Source: the human T2T-CHM13v2.0 reference genome, Homo sapiens
Reading direction: 5' to 3' (one strand)
NCBI RefSeq assembly: GCF_009914755.1
Contig: NC_060936.1
DNA length: 64,000 nucleotides
This document shows positions 42,610 through 55,471 of the stretch, piece after piece. How positions within the stretch are numbered: the stretch's first letter is position 1; every line of letters begins with the position of its first letter. A program made the position numbers and the translations under genes. The notes under the pieces are model-generated. The model did not search any database. It was not told where the DNA came from and was given only the letters and a program-made list of their open reading frames with translations.

Positions 42610-43129
42610 TACCTTTAACATAGATCCAGAATTCTACCACTCCTCACCACCTCTATTTAAAAAAAACTGTTACCCGAGGAAAGAAGAACACACTGGCAAC
42701 CATTAAGGGGACCCAAGAGATTGAAATATCTTAGCAGATGGGTTCTCAGGTCATTCAAAGGTTTCACATGAGAATGAGACACATAGTGGCCATGTGCAGA
42801 GAGAGCCCCTTAGGGAAGTGGCCTTGAATGAAACACCTCTCTTAGGGAGACTTTGGCAGCCAGGGAATGACATGAGGAGCCTTGGCACCTCAAGGAAGAG
42901 TGGGACAAAGTATAGAAGAAGTGAACTCAGATAAAGGTGATCTATATTACAATGTGTTAAACAAATGGAAAGATTAAATATTATGAACGCAGTGAATGTT
43001 ATGTCTTTAGAAGTATCAAACATTTCTTCCAGGAAATTGTTGTACTGATTTAATTGCAGTATTTAAGAATATGTTGATGGAGGAGAGGCTAACTCAGTTG
43101 CTCAGTCCCATGGTCTTAAGACAATTGCT

Positions 43130-45140
43130 GATAATTATAATCATTCCTAGTTCCTTGTGCATCCCATTCTTTGAATCCAACAATTATTCCAACCCTCTTC
43201 TTTAATACCTTGACTCCAGCAATACTTTGACCCCACTGGAATCTCCAGTCCTAAGATCTTATTGATTTTTCAGTGTTAATTATCTCCTTGTTCTCTTTCA
43301 CTTCCCTCTTCATCTTGAAGTCTATGGTTAAATATTACACTCCCTTGCATTTATATTTCCTTGCTCTTCAATCACTTCAATATACCAATTTAGCAAAACC
43401 ACAACCTATGTAAAATTCAACTCTCCAAATACTCTGCACCTGCATCCTCCAGCTGACATAGGCTGGAGAAAAACACAGAACCACATTGGATAGTCTAATT
43501 CTAAATGCATGAACACAGACTTTAAATAGGCCTTTAATGCTGCCAGGTGATCACATCATATACCTCCTTTGTCCACTCACTGTTTCTTCTAAACAACTAT
43601 TTCACACTGTCCTCTCTTTCCTCAAACTCTACATTTCCTTCTCTGTCTTTGGTTTCAATTGAAGCTGCTGCTCTCTACTTTGTAGAAAAACTGAAAACTA
43701 TCAGAACAGATCTTCCCCAGATTCCCACCACATGGATCTCCTGCCAGTATTTGCACCCACAACCAAAACATCTGTTCATGCTCCTGTCCAAAACCAGTCT
43801 CTCCACTTGGTTAATAATAGAATTCATCATCCCCTCTTTCTCCTCCATCGTAACTTAAAAATTCCCCTGTGAAGAAATTCCTTCAAGGGTAGTCTATCAT
43901 TACTCTAAGTCCTCTCCTCCCTTTCTCCCTTAAAACCACCACATGAGGCTCTATCATTTCCAACCAAATTGCTCTTGTCAAGGTCAGCAGTGACCCCCCC
44001 ACCCCCAATATTGTTAAATCCATGAACCTATTCTAACTTAGTCCTCATCCTACTTAACTTATCAGCTATATTTGACAGAGTTGATCCCTCTTTCCTTCTT
44101 AATAACTTTCTTCACCTGACTTCAGAACAAGACACTCACCAAAAGATTTCCTTCTATCTCACAGGTTGCTCCTTATCAGCTTCCCTTGCTGGTGCTGCCT
44201 TTCATTCCATCCTTCCTCAAGCTCAGTTATTGGTCTTCTTCCTCTACACACGCTGCATATCATCTGTATAATGACGACGTTCACATCTATACCTGCAGAC
44301 TGGACCTTCTGCTGCCTACTTGACACATCTATTCAGATATTCAGTAGGCATCTCAAAATTAACTCCTGGTATTTCTACTGTTTACCAAACCTTCTCTTCC
44401 CCAAATCTCTTGTGTGTCAAACGATAGGAAATTCATTCTTACAGTTGTTAAGGAGAAAGGTCTTGGAGTCATCCTTAATTCTTCTCATTTTCTCATATAC
44501 CATGTCCACTCCACCATGAAATTCCATTGGATCTGCCTTAAAAATATGTCCAACATCTCTCCATTTCTCTCTAACTCTGCTGATTCACCTGTGATCTTAG
44601 CTGCTTTCCCTCTCTTACTGCAATGCTACAATTGCCTTCTAACTGGCTTTCCTGCATCCACCCTTGTTCCCTCTCCCCATCCATGATCGACATTATAGCC
44701 AGATTAATCCTCATAAAATAGAAGTTAGATCATGTGACTTTTCTTCTGAAAGAACTGAATAGGCTCTAAGAAAAATCACTCTGGGTTAAAGCCAAAGTCC
44801 TGAAATGGCTTATTAGGGCCTTACATAATCTATCCCTCACCCTCTCTTCTTACCTACAAATATTCTACATTTCAAGGAAGAGCATCCACCTTTCACTCAT
44901 CAGCTTAAGCTAGAAACTTTAGAGCCCTCCTTGAAATATTTCCCCTCATCTTTGCACATCCAATTACCATGACCTGTTAATTACTCTTTCCTTGTATCTC
45001 TTAAACCAATTTACATTTTCCCTTTGCTATGAAACTATTTCTCCCCTTCTCCAATGTCATTTCATCTCAAATCTACTACATATTAATACTAGAGTGAACT
45101 TTCTAGTTAAATGTGAACCTATTTATATCATTCCCCAGAC
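43130..45140 (+). mobile_element. L2 LINE, long degenerate fragment
   Basis: CT-rich L2 motifs: aaattgctcttgtcaaggtcagcagtgacc, tttgacagagttgatc, aggcatctcaaaattaac, aagttagatcatgtgact. Confidence 0.8.
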
Positions 45141-46619
45141 TGTATAACACCAAAGCTTTTTAATTCTAACAACCTTTTTTGATGATTCACAAGTTGAAGC
45201 TTTAATCACAATTCAAGCTACTTTTTAAATGGCCCTCTGTTATAATAAATTCATTGGTTCACTTAAAAGTGTTTTGCAGCATACGATTTATTTTTGAAGA
45301 TGTATTAGTCTTTGTTCTGTTAAATGCCATTTTGGTCAAGATTAATTTTTTGTGTATGCAATCATTTATAAAATGAAATGTAGATTAATCAGTAAATTTA
45401 AATTATACTTCTAAGTCAAGAAAAGGTCAGCTATCTCGGCATAAGCTTGGTCAGCTACCTTGGCATACCTTGTACAGACTTACAACAGGCCCCCCTATCT
45501 TAAAGCTACTACAGATTTCAAATAATAGTATTAAAAACAAAAATAATATTAAGCAATAACTGTGATAATATTAAAGAATAATATTAGTTGCCAAGGTTTA
45601 CAAAATGTATTAACATAAACTCATTTATTACTACAAATACCTAAAGAGTAGATATTATTTCCACTTTCAGAGGAGCAAATTAAATGTCAGAAAAGTTAAA
45701 GGTTTTGATGGAAAATATCTAGCAAATCAGTGATGGAACTGACTCTTCAACTCATTCTCTTTATATACCCAGTGGCAATGTCTGTAAAGCATAACAAATT
45801 AAATATGTGTAAGCTAATAAAATGCTACTTTTGCAAGTACAAATGCCTTCCTTACAAGTTTTCCTTTTTAATGTAAAGCAAAGCAAATTGTGCTTTCACA
45901 TTATTACTAAATATCAGTCTATCCTAAAATTGTTTATGTAATGTGGAGGTGATATATTATCTTAGAAAACCACTGTAACATGGTATTGGAAACCATTTCA
46001 ACTGTTAAAAGGTTAGATTTCAGTTCTGTTTAAAGGTCAGACCTGAAAATATCCTGATGATTACAATTTCTCCACACATTTTGGATGATGCCACTGAACT
46101 CCTGGCAGCAGCAAAATGTGTTTGTTCTGATCCTCTGCTTCTGGTGGTCAGTTTCAGAGTGGAGAAAAGGCGCCAGGGCTTTGGGACTAGACCTAAATTT
46201 CTATTGCTTTTAATTAAAATAATAAAGGGGAAAAGGTAATATTCCTATCCAACTGAGACAGAAAAATTTGTTGAAAACCGATTCTTACCTGTTGAAAAAT
46301 ATTCAGAAAATCGATCATCCCCAAAACAATGTACTAACTAAAACAAAACCAAGAAAGGCATTCTGAAAGGCAAGTATCAAAGCATCTGTCATTGCCCCAT
46401 TTTAGGTTTTCAAATCTGGAACTAGTCATTCAAATAAATATTGTTTGAATAATAATTATATGCCCAGAACCCTTCCCAGGTCCACATACCACTATTTTTT
46501 GTTTTTACAAATCACATCTCATCTCTCCTGTCCTATAAAACTGCATTTAGTACATAGCAGACAATACATTTTAATGCTCACTGAATGAATGCTAGGATTG
46601 ATGTAGAATACAAAGAATT

Positions 46620-47650
46620 ATGTTAATATCATTGTTATTGCTACTACTACTAATAGTTACTAACATTTATTGAGCACTAACTATCTGCCAGGCACTGTGT
46701 TAGTCACTTTACATGCATCACCACAGTACAGGGTAAGTTAATCTAATTAATTCATTGTTAATCTAATTCTATAGTAAGAAAACTATAGCATAAAGAGATC
46801 AAGTCTCATAGCTAGGTAAGAGGCTCAGTTTCACAGTTAGTAATCAAACTTTGGCAGTCTGACCTCAGTGCTTACAATGGGCCAGAGACCAACCTATTGC
46901 AGCTTACATTCTAGAAAGACGACAAGAAATAAGTAAAGAAGTAACCAATATAATTTTACATAGGAGATAAGGCTATGGATAAAAGAAAACGGGATGATTT
47001 GATAGAAGTGACTAGAGTGATATAGAAAAATGGTTAAAAACATGAACTCTAGTACCAGGTTTGAGTTCATACCAGAACTTTTTCCAGCTTTGTCATTATG
47101 GGCTGTTATTTAGTTACTTATGTTCTTTGTGTATTTCCTTATCTACAGATAATACCGAATTTATATAACAGTCATGAGGTTTAAATGAATTGATATACAT
47201 AAAATGCCTAAAACAGTTCCTGACACATAGTGTCATTTAAGTATTTATTATTATTGTTATTTTTGCATTTTTATTGTTATAATTCTTATCACGTTGAGGA
47301 CATCTACTTGAGATAGGGTGGTATGGGAAGGCCTCTATGAGGAAATGCATTTGAACCAAAACCTAAATGACACTTAGGCACATGAAAATTTTAAGGCAGA
47401 GATTCCAGGCAGAAGGAAACAAAGTGCAAAAGCCCCAGGGCTAGAATGTTCAGCAAAGAAAGCCAGTATGGCCAGGATGAGTTCAGTCAAGTTACAGAGC
47501 TAGTCAGGAACCAGGCTAAATTAGGCATCACTGGATATGGTAAGGAGTTGGATTTTATTCTAAGTGCGATTAGAAGACATGGGAACATTTTAAGCATGGT
47601 AATGACATGCTTTGATTTACATTTTATAAATATCACTCCGGCTTCCATGA
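46620..47650. mobile_element. Nested MIR(-), L2(-) and MIR(+) fragments
   Basis: taacatttattgagcactaactatctgccaggcactgtg; ttccaggcagaaggaaacaaagtgcaaaagcccc; ggtaaggagttggattttattctaagtg. Confidence 0.65.
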
Positions 47651-47990
47651 AAGTTTGGATTATAACTTCCATAGAATGTCAATCTTATCATTCCCATTAG
47701 TCATTGTTTTTAAAATCTTAGCTTTATTCCTAGGGAAAAGTAATTCTCTGACTATATTTCCAGAATGTTTGTGTTAGTGCTTTTAAACATAGAGTCCGAT
47801 TAAAGGACTTAAGTAGGTATATGAACATACATATATACACATACACTCACTGTGAACAAAGATTATATGGAATACTCACATAGACCACACTTCATTATTC
47901 TAAATTCAAATCAGAATTTGAATTCACTGAATGAATGCTAGGCTGGGTTTTTGAATCATGTTTCTTGGAAGGAAAGTAATTGTTTACTTA

Positions 47991-48442
47991 CATGAAAGTT
48001 GACCATATGAATTAGGTCATTCTTGTTATACCCAACTAAAACAGTTGAGAGGTCAAGGGGAGAAAACATCTAGGGCACATAACACTGTTCCAACAATGTA
48101 ATTCCCTGTGAGCTTGGCTGCTGAAGCTGCCTGCTGTAACCTGAAACCAGTTTTATCTAATAGCTACTGAAACAACCTGCTGCAACTCTGAGAATCATTT
48201 TACCCATAGCCATCACTTACCAATCAAAACTTTCCAGCTCACCAACATATTATTAGTGCCAATGAACTTCCTCAAAGAGCAATATGTAACTTTCCCCTTT
48301 TTTGTAAAACCTCTATCCGTCTGTTCTCTGGACATAATGAAGACCATCCAGCCTATGAGTATGCCACAAATGCAATTCTTGATTTCCAAATAAAACATTT
48401 AAAATTAAGACTTTTGTCTCTATATTGTATTTGTCTTTAACC
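47991..48442 (+). mobile_element. MER65-type (MER65D-like) ERV1 solo LTR
   Basis: tgaaagttgac...ggtcattcttgttatacccaactaaaacag...aataaaac; 4-bp TSD ctta at 47987-47990 and 48443-48446. Confidence 0.8.
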
Positions 48443-49098
48443 CTTATTGTAAATTATATGGCAGGGGAGGATATTCTTTGGGTCCCACTTCTCTTATTTC
48501 TAATATGTCCCTTGGCCTTGCCAGGCGTTAGCTCCTTGTCCCCCAAATAAAGAAAGCTTTGCAAATCTGACTGCATGGAACAATGTATGTTTTACTAGTG
48601 GGTGGTGTTATTTTTCTTAATCTTACCCTCACACCCAGCATTTTCTCCCCCAACACACTTCCTCTGCAAGTTCACCATGGTTTAAATAGGTTGAAAGCCA
48701 GCCTAGGCCACATTGTACAATTCCTTCTTACCAGACATCCTTGATATAAGTTCTCCGGCTTCAAAGCATCTCTTAATAAAGTTGTCTGTTGATTAGTTGA
48801 TACCGCTGTGTGGTGAGGGGTAAATGGCAGTGGAAGAACATTTCCAGGTCCCTGGTATTTTTACTACTATAATCACATTAAATCATCATCTTTAATATCT
48901 AACACCAAAAGGCCATCCATGTATTCAAAAAGAATATTACAGCCACACTGACAAGAATCTTAAAGCCCTACATTGCCACACATGGAGGTGAACTAAAAAC
49001 ACAATGCAATTTGTACGAAGACTCCTCCTAATTCCTCTAACTCATAAATACTTCAGTCTTAAAATAAAAATACAGCTGCATAAAGTGAACTGCTTTAC

Positions 49099-49279
49099 CT
49101 GTATGGTTAGTTCCCTCATTCTTGACTTCTGTGGTTCCCACAGAAGAGGTGGGTGGACTAGCAGGAGGACTGGCAGTAAAGCTTGTGCACCCTGTAGATG
49201 TGTTGATTTCAAAATATTCTTGGTTGTGATTCATTCGGTGAAAATCCAGAGAAGACACAATGGATGTTCGCTGTTTAGG
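49099..49279 (-). CDS. ANKS1B: Internal coding exon of ANKS1B (AIDA-1/EB-1), 181 nt, phase 0 to phase 1
   Basis: Minus strand: acceptor atttattttag|CCT and donor ACAG|gtaaag. 60 stop-free codons plus 1 nt give PKQRTSIVSSLDFHRMNHNQEYFEINTSTGCTSFTASPPASPPTSSVGTTEVKNEGTNHT, matching my recollection of human ANKS1B (continues DDLSRQDD in the next exon, not in this window). Overlaps ORF 49037..49258. From memory this is exon 12 of the long isoform (unverified). Confidence 0.93.
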
Positions 49280-49664
49280 CTAAAATAAATGAGCATGACG
49301 AGAGTATTAATATGATCATGTTCATCTTCAGCCCAATCTCCCCATCAATTTAATCTAAGTGATAATTTTTTTCAGTTAAAAACTATCTGGGTTTTATACT
49401 TAAAATATAATTGTGCTTTACAGAGATACATTAATTTCTTGATGAATTAAATAATAAAAAATTATTTAATGAGAAAATATTATGGCATAGTTGATGTGAT
49501 AGGTTAGGCTTTTCATTTGCTTTCCCCAGAAGATTGTAAAAATATAGTGCACAAAATTTCTCTTGGTAATCAATTTTGAAAGTTGCAATTTTAAGTCACC
49601 TTTCATTCAACTAACATTTATTAAGCATCTGGCATTTGTCACACTGCTAGGTATATTCCCAAAA

Positions 49665-50316
49665 GTATATCGAAAACATAGCTCATTCTCTCTCATGTTT
49701 ATTGCAGGACTATTCACAATAGCCAAGATTTAGAAGCCACCTAAGTGTCTATCAACATATGAATGGATAAAGAAAATGTGGTACATAAACACAATGGCAT
49801 ACTATTCGGCTATAAAAAAGAATGAGATCCTGTCATTTGCAACAACATGGATGGAACTGGAAGTCATTACGTTAAGTGAAATAAGCCAGGCACAGAAAGA
49901 CAAACATTGCATGTTCTCATTTATTTGTAGGAACTAGAAAAATTAAAACAATTGAACTCACAGTGGTAGAGAGTGGAGTGATGGTTACCAGATGCTAAAA
50001 ATGGTAATTTGGGTGGTGGGGGGAGTGGGAATAGTTAATGGGCTCAAAAATGTGGTTGGAATGAATAAGATCTAGTATTTGATAGCACAATATTATGACT
50101 AGAGTCAGCAATAATTTATTGTACCTTTTAAAATAACTAAAACCGTATAACTGAATTATGGGTAATACAAAGAAAGGAAAAATGCTTGAGTTGATGAACA
50201 CCCCATTTACCCCAAAATGATTATTACACTGCATGCCTGTGTCAAAATATCTCATAGACTCTACAAATATATATACCTACTATGTACCCCAAAAAACTAA
50301 AAATTAAAATAAAAAA
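49665..50316 (+). mobile_element. L1MA (L1MA2-4-like) 3' end
   Basis: catgtttattgcagg...ggataaagaaaatgtggtac...acctactatgtacccca plus A-rich tail. Confidence 0.9.
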
Positions 50317-50677
50317 GAGATATCTATGTGGAGAAATGGAATAACAGCAATGGGAGAAAAGAATAAAGAGATGGTCATAATATTAAAATGGAGATAAAAA
50401 AGAATAGGTCTAGAATATTCATTTAAACATGTTTGATTTTAATATAATTTTTAACTACTCAAATAGAATTGCACTCAGCCATTCAGTATAAAAAAGAAAA
50501 AGTGTTTTCACAAATTCACTGAAATTACATATGGAATTTGCCAAGCTTTGATATGTAGAATGAATTGCACTTGTGTTCGTTGTGGCTTCTCCACTTTAAA
50601 ACATATCCCTCCACTGTGGTCCAGTCCTCATATCACCCTACTTTCCAGAGTACTTGCTTCTATACGTATTTACTTAG

Positions 50678-51011
50678 CAGGAGTCAGCAAACTACATCTT
50701 ATGTGCCAAAGCCAGGCTTCTGAATATTTTTGTTCAGCCTGAAAGCTAAGAATGGTTTTCACATTTTTTATCGTTTTTTAGAAAAGGAAAAATAATATTA
50801 GTAACACATGAAAATTGTATGAAACTCAAACTTCACTGTTTGAAAACAAAGTTTTATGGAGACATAGCCATGTCCATTCATTGATGTATTGTCTATGGCT
50901 GTTTTCCTGCTACAGTAGCAGAGTGTAGTAGTTGTAACGTAGACCTTATGAACGAAGACTTAACTATTTTACTCTCTGATCTTTTATAAAAAAAAAAAAA
51001 TTGTGACCCTT
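50678..51011. mobile_element. MER58B-like hAT-Charlie MITE
   Basis: caggagtcagcaaactac...gctaagaatggttttcacattt...tattgtctatggctg. Confidence 0.8.
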
Positions 51012-51035
51012 TCTATAAAGTGAATAGGAAATTTC

Positions 51036-51345
<310 letters not shown>

Positions 51346-51404
51346 TTAACAGGAAATTTCTCTGAGGAGGTAAAGTTGAACAGACACAGGAACGACTGTG
51401 ATTG

Positions 51405-51840
51405 AGTCAGGGAACCAGTGCAACATAAAAAGGTAGGACCCCTTGTTTCAAGAGCAGGTACAAAAACTTTTTTCTTTTTCCCATGTTCTCTCTCTAGATC
51501 TGTTATGGTGTTCTTTTATTTGCTACTTAACGTATTGCTCCCTTGGTCATGGAAACACTCACAGGGTGAGGGCAGATTCTTACAGGAATGCAGTGGCTCT
51601 GCCCTGCAACTCAGTAAGTGCATCTGACCTTGACCCTTCCCCACACTCATGGTCTCACTACTGCATCAGCAGTTTCTGGGCAGGCCAGGGGCACCTGGGT
51701 TGGAGGAGCAGGTGGAAAAGAATTTTACTCAGTAAAGAAAGTAGAAATAGGGTGGAAAGTGGGAAAACAGTTAAGTCAAGATTCCAAGCCCCAACACATG
51801 TTCAATTTTCCCATAAACCGCCTTACAAAACCCTGGGCCA
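51405..51840. mobile_element. hAT DNA transposon remnant (MER96B-like)
   Basis: ccagtgcaacataaaaaggtaggaccccttgtttcaag...tgttatggtgttcttttatttgctacttaa; accounts for ORFs near 51418-51868. Confidence 0.55.
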
Positions 51841-51865
51841 GGAGCACCAGGGTTGGGGGAGCTGC

Positions 51866-52214
51866 TAGAGTCCCCAGTGTCTACTGTTCCCATCTTTATG
51901 TCTGTGTGTACCCAATGTTTAGGTCCCACTTATTAGTAAGAATGTGTGGTATTTGGTTTTCTGTTTCTGTGTTAATTCACTCAGGATAACGGTCTCTAGC
52001 TACATTCATGCTGCTGCCAAGGACATGATTTCATTCTTCTTTATGGCTGCATAGTATTCCACAGTGTATATGTACCACATTTTCTTTATCCAATCCACTA
52101 CTGATGGGCACTTAGGCTGATTCCATGTCTTCTCTATAGTGAATAGCACCGCAATAAACATATGAGTGCAGGTGTTTTTTGGTAGAAATATTTATTTTCC
52201 TTTGGGTCTATATC
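51866..52214 (-). mobile_element. L1PA15/16-like 3' fragment
   Basis: Antisense L1: ggacatgatttcattcttctttatggctgcatagtattcc...cacattttctttatccaatcc. Confidence 0.85.
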
Positions 52215-53891
52215 AACCTGGGATATTTTGTGTGATACATATGATGAAAATATTTAATTCTAAATATTTTTTTCTCAAAATGATAGCCTACTGTCCCAAT
52301 ACCATTATTTATCCACTGATTTGAAATGTCACCTTTATCATATACTAAATTTCCAAATAGAGATTGGGCTTGCATTTTTGGACTCGACTATATTCCCATT
52401 GATCTATTTGTCTATTCCTGTACTAACATCACACTCTCTTACTTACTGTATGGCTTCTATTTCTAGAGCTCCTAGTGCGTGGATATTGGATCTCTTTGAT
52501 CCTTCCTGTTTTATATACTGGGAGTATTCTACAGTTCATTGTCCTACAGAACCTTCATTAATTTGCTAGGAAATACTTATTGACCATTATCAGCTGTGTG
52601 GTCAGGCGCTGTTGTAGCCTCTGGGGATACATCAATGAACAAATAAGATAAGGCACATAATTTTAGGCATTTTGTTTTAACTTTTGGTGTGATTATGCTA
52701 TTTTTAATTTTAAAAACTTTTCTTTTTTTTCAAGTATTCCATTTTTAAAATAGCCCGTTATTAACTTTATAAGTTCAATCACCTCTCAAATCTTTCTGAG
52801 GATACTGATTAGAGTCTTTTTCTGGCATTAAGTCAGTTTTCTTAAAGGTTCCTTACTTTGTTCATTAAGCCTGGTTTCTCTCTTTTTGGTTGTTAATTTT
52901 TCCTCAACTATCTGGTGTCTTGGTCAAGCACTTTTTATACCTAGGGCACTGTCCCCACATTAGGAGCTTCAGGGGGTCCTTCACCTTCCTTAGATACTTA
53001 TTACCATCTGGTGGGCAAACAACAAAGCTGATTGCTCCACATAGGAGATGCTAAGGTTCTGGTTGCCCTGTCCACTCCCTGGCTTTGATAACCATGCCCT
53101 GTTGCTCAGGCTTGAGATTCTTCGCAGAGGTCTAATGAGGATGTCAAATCCACTCATTGTTCCAGTGACATCTTCCCCTCTTCCACCAGTGTTGGATTGT
53201 GGGCTTTTTCCTCTTGTTTTGTCTAAATCTAGCAATATTTGATTTTATCTTTTAGAATTTCGCAAATGCCTCAGGTAGTAACTCTCCCTGTTTTTCATCA
53301 CTGCTATGAATTTATTGTTAATTTTGTATTTATTTTTACCATTTTGATTGCAAGTAAGGAGGAGGAAAATGTAAACACTTGCGATCCACTCAGCTTTATC
53401 AGTTAGAATTCTCATATTTCTCTGTCTTGATCACTTTGAAGACTGTATATAAGAGATTTGAGGAAGTCCGGACAACTCGAAGAAAGTAAGTATCATTGCC
53501 ATTTCATCACAGATGTCATGCAAATGGAAAATTATTATATTTTCTTGATTTTTCAATAAATGGAAAACAATTTTAAGTGAAGTACAATTTTTTGGTTGTT
53601 ATGAATATGATGTTAATGTGATCAAGACTTGCTCTAAAGATGTAGAACTCCTTATCTTCAGGTAGGCAAATGCAATTCTTCTGCTTTATAGATTATGGCC
53701 AAACATAGATAAAAAATATATGACCACCACAAGGGAGTTAAAGAAGTCGTGAGTGAGTATTGAGTATTTAAGAGACGTGGACATTCTTCTAGGCACTTGA
53801 AATTTGTTGTCTCATTGAAGCCTATAATGTTAGTATCAAAAGTAGCTATTACTCTTTCCATTTTATAGACTTGAGATTCACAGATAATCTC

Positions 53892-53966
53892 AGTTAAGTG
53901 GGAGAGCTGAAATTAAAGTTAAGTGGGAGAGATGAAATTAAAATTAAGTGGGAGAGATGAAATTAA
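53892..53966. repeat. 25-bp x3 tandem repeat in an antisense MIR
   Basis: a(g/a)ttaagtgggagag(c/a)tgaaattaa three times. Confidence 0.95.
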
Positions 53967-54636
53967 AACACAAATCTAGTAAATTTCAAATTGATTGCAT
54001 TTTCCCCGAAAGACACCACACTACAGGTAAAGCAAAGAGAAGCAAACATATTTACAAGTAAAGCCAAGAGCCTAATAACTCTTGAGTTTCTCATCTTTAT
54101 ATCAATGCACAATCTTCCTACTCTTCAGTCTATTGGTAGCATTGATTTTTTAAAAAATCTACATTGTTTCAAAAGCTGTTGAAATAAAACGCAAGTGGGT
54201 GGAAAATGGGAATAAATAGTATCTAATTCTGCTATGCATTAAACTCTTACAGTCACTACATTTTTTATAAGAGAAAGGCAGAAAATTTTTAAAAATCTTT
54301 ATATCTCCTGACTTTAGCTCTTCATTTCATTTTTATATAGAGGTATCTGACTATGAAATAATATGTATACTCATCTTCTATTTAAAAAGACAAATTATAA
54401 AACAGACTGTAGGGACTCTGTACTGCTTCTCAGACACTGCAATCCCACATAGGAGCAAGGTCAGATTTACTGATACAGGCAACTGTCCAAAGCAGCTCTT
54501 CTCCTGCTAGCTGTTGATGTTCTCTTCCTCTCTGCCAGCTCCATAACAAGGGCCCTCACCCGGTGCACCACCCTCGCCCACACACACACCCTGACCGAGG
54601 CCCTGAGAGTTCCAGGTTCCTGCACCTGCCTTTCCT

Positions 54637-54712
54637 GCCCAGGGCTTTTTGAGAACAGACAGTTGCTCTCAAGCCCAGGGCTTTCTGAGAGCAGACAGTT
54701 GCTCTTGAGCCC
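54637..54712. repeat. 36-bp tandem duplication
   Basis: gcccagggctttttgagaacagacagttgctctcaa / gcccagggctttctgagagcagacagttgctcttga. Confidence 0.93.
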
Positions 54713-54799
54713 TTCTCTGAGGTCCTCTGAACACCCCTACTCCACCATCAATCAGAGCAGTTATACTTTTTTTTTTTTGCTTTACCTATTAGGTTTCTG

Positions 54800-54877
54800 T
54801 TAGGTTGAAACATATGAAACTGCTGATATTCAACCGTATTACCTGCAAAAATAGCAATTTCATATAACTCAACCTAC
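54800..54877. mobile_element. MADE2 mariner MITE
   Basis: ~80-bp palindrome ttaggttgaaacatatgaaactgc...gcaatttcatataactcaaccta. Confidence 0.85.
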
Positions 54878-55017
54878 ATAAACTTTTCTTTTAACAGAGT
54901 TCTCTGGCTAAATAATTTGAAAACCACTTCTCTAGGCCTTAAGTGAGCCTGACATTTTGCTGGCCCCAGTAAAATTGAACTCTTTCCCTTCTTAGACCTC
55001 ACTAGTAAGAGTATAAA

Positions 55018-55471
55018 GACACATGCACATGTATGTTTATTGCAGCACTATTCACAATAGCAAAGACTTGGAACCAACCCAAATGTCCATCAATAATAGA
55101 CTGGATAAAGAAAATGTGGCACAGATACACCATGGAATACTATGCAGCCATAAAAAGGATGAGTTCATGTCCTTTGCAGGGACATGGGACATGGATGAAG
55201 CTGGAAACTATCATTCTCAGCAAACTAACACAGGAACAGAAAACCAAACACCACATGTTCTCACTCATAAATGGGAGTTGAACAATTAGAACACGTGGAC
55301 ACAGGGAGGGAAACATCACACACTGGGGCCTGTCCAGGGGGTGAGGGGTTAGGGGAAGGATAGCATTAGGAGAAATACCTAACGTAAATGATGTGTTGAT
55401 GGGTGCAACAAACCACCATAGCACATGTATACCTATGTAACAAACCTGCGCGTTCTGCACATGTATTCCAG
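55018..55471 (+). mobile_element. L1PA (PA6/7-like) 3' fragment lacking a poly(A) tail
   Basis: ORF2 C-terminus MFIAALFTIAKTWNQPKCPS... (ORF 55033..55281) plus 3'UTR; flanked by direct repeat agagtataaa. Confidence 0.93.

Noticed and set aside
53892-54712. Short direct repeats as a possible CRISPR-like array
   Set aside because: Units are contiguous with no unique spacers; mammalian DNA with no cas genes.
54800-54877. 80-nt hairpin as a novel pre-miRNA
   Set aside because: Explained by MADE2 terminal inverted repeats; arms are diverged and there is no evidence of processing.
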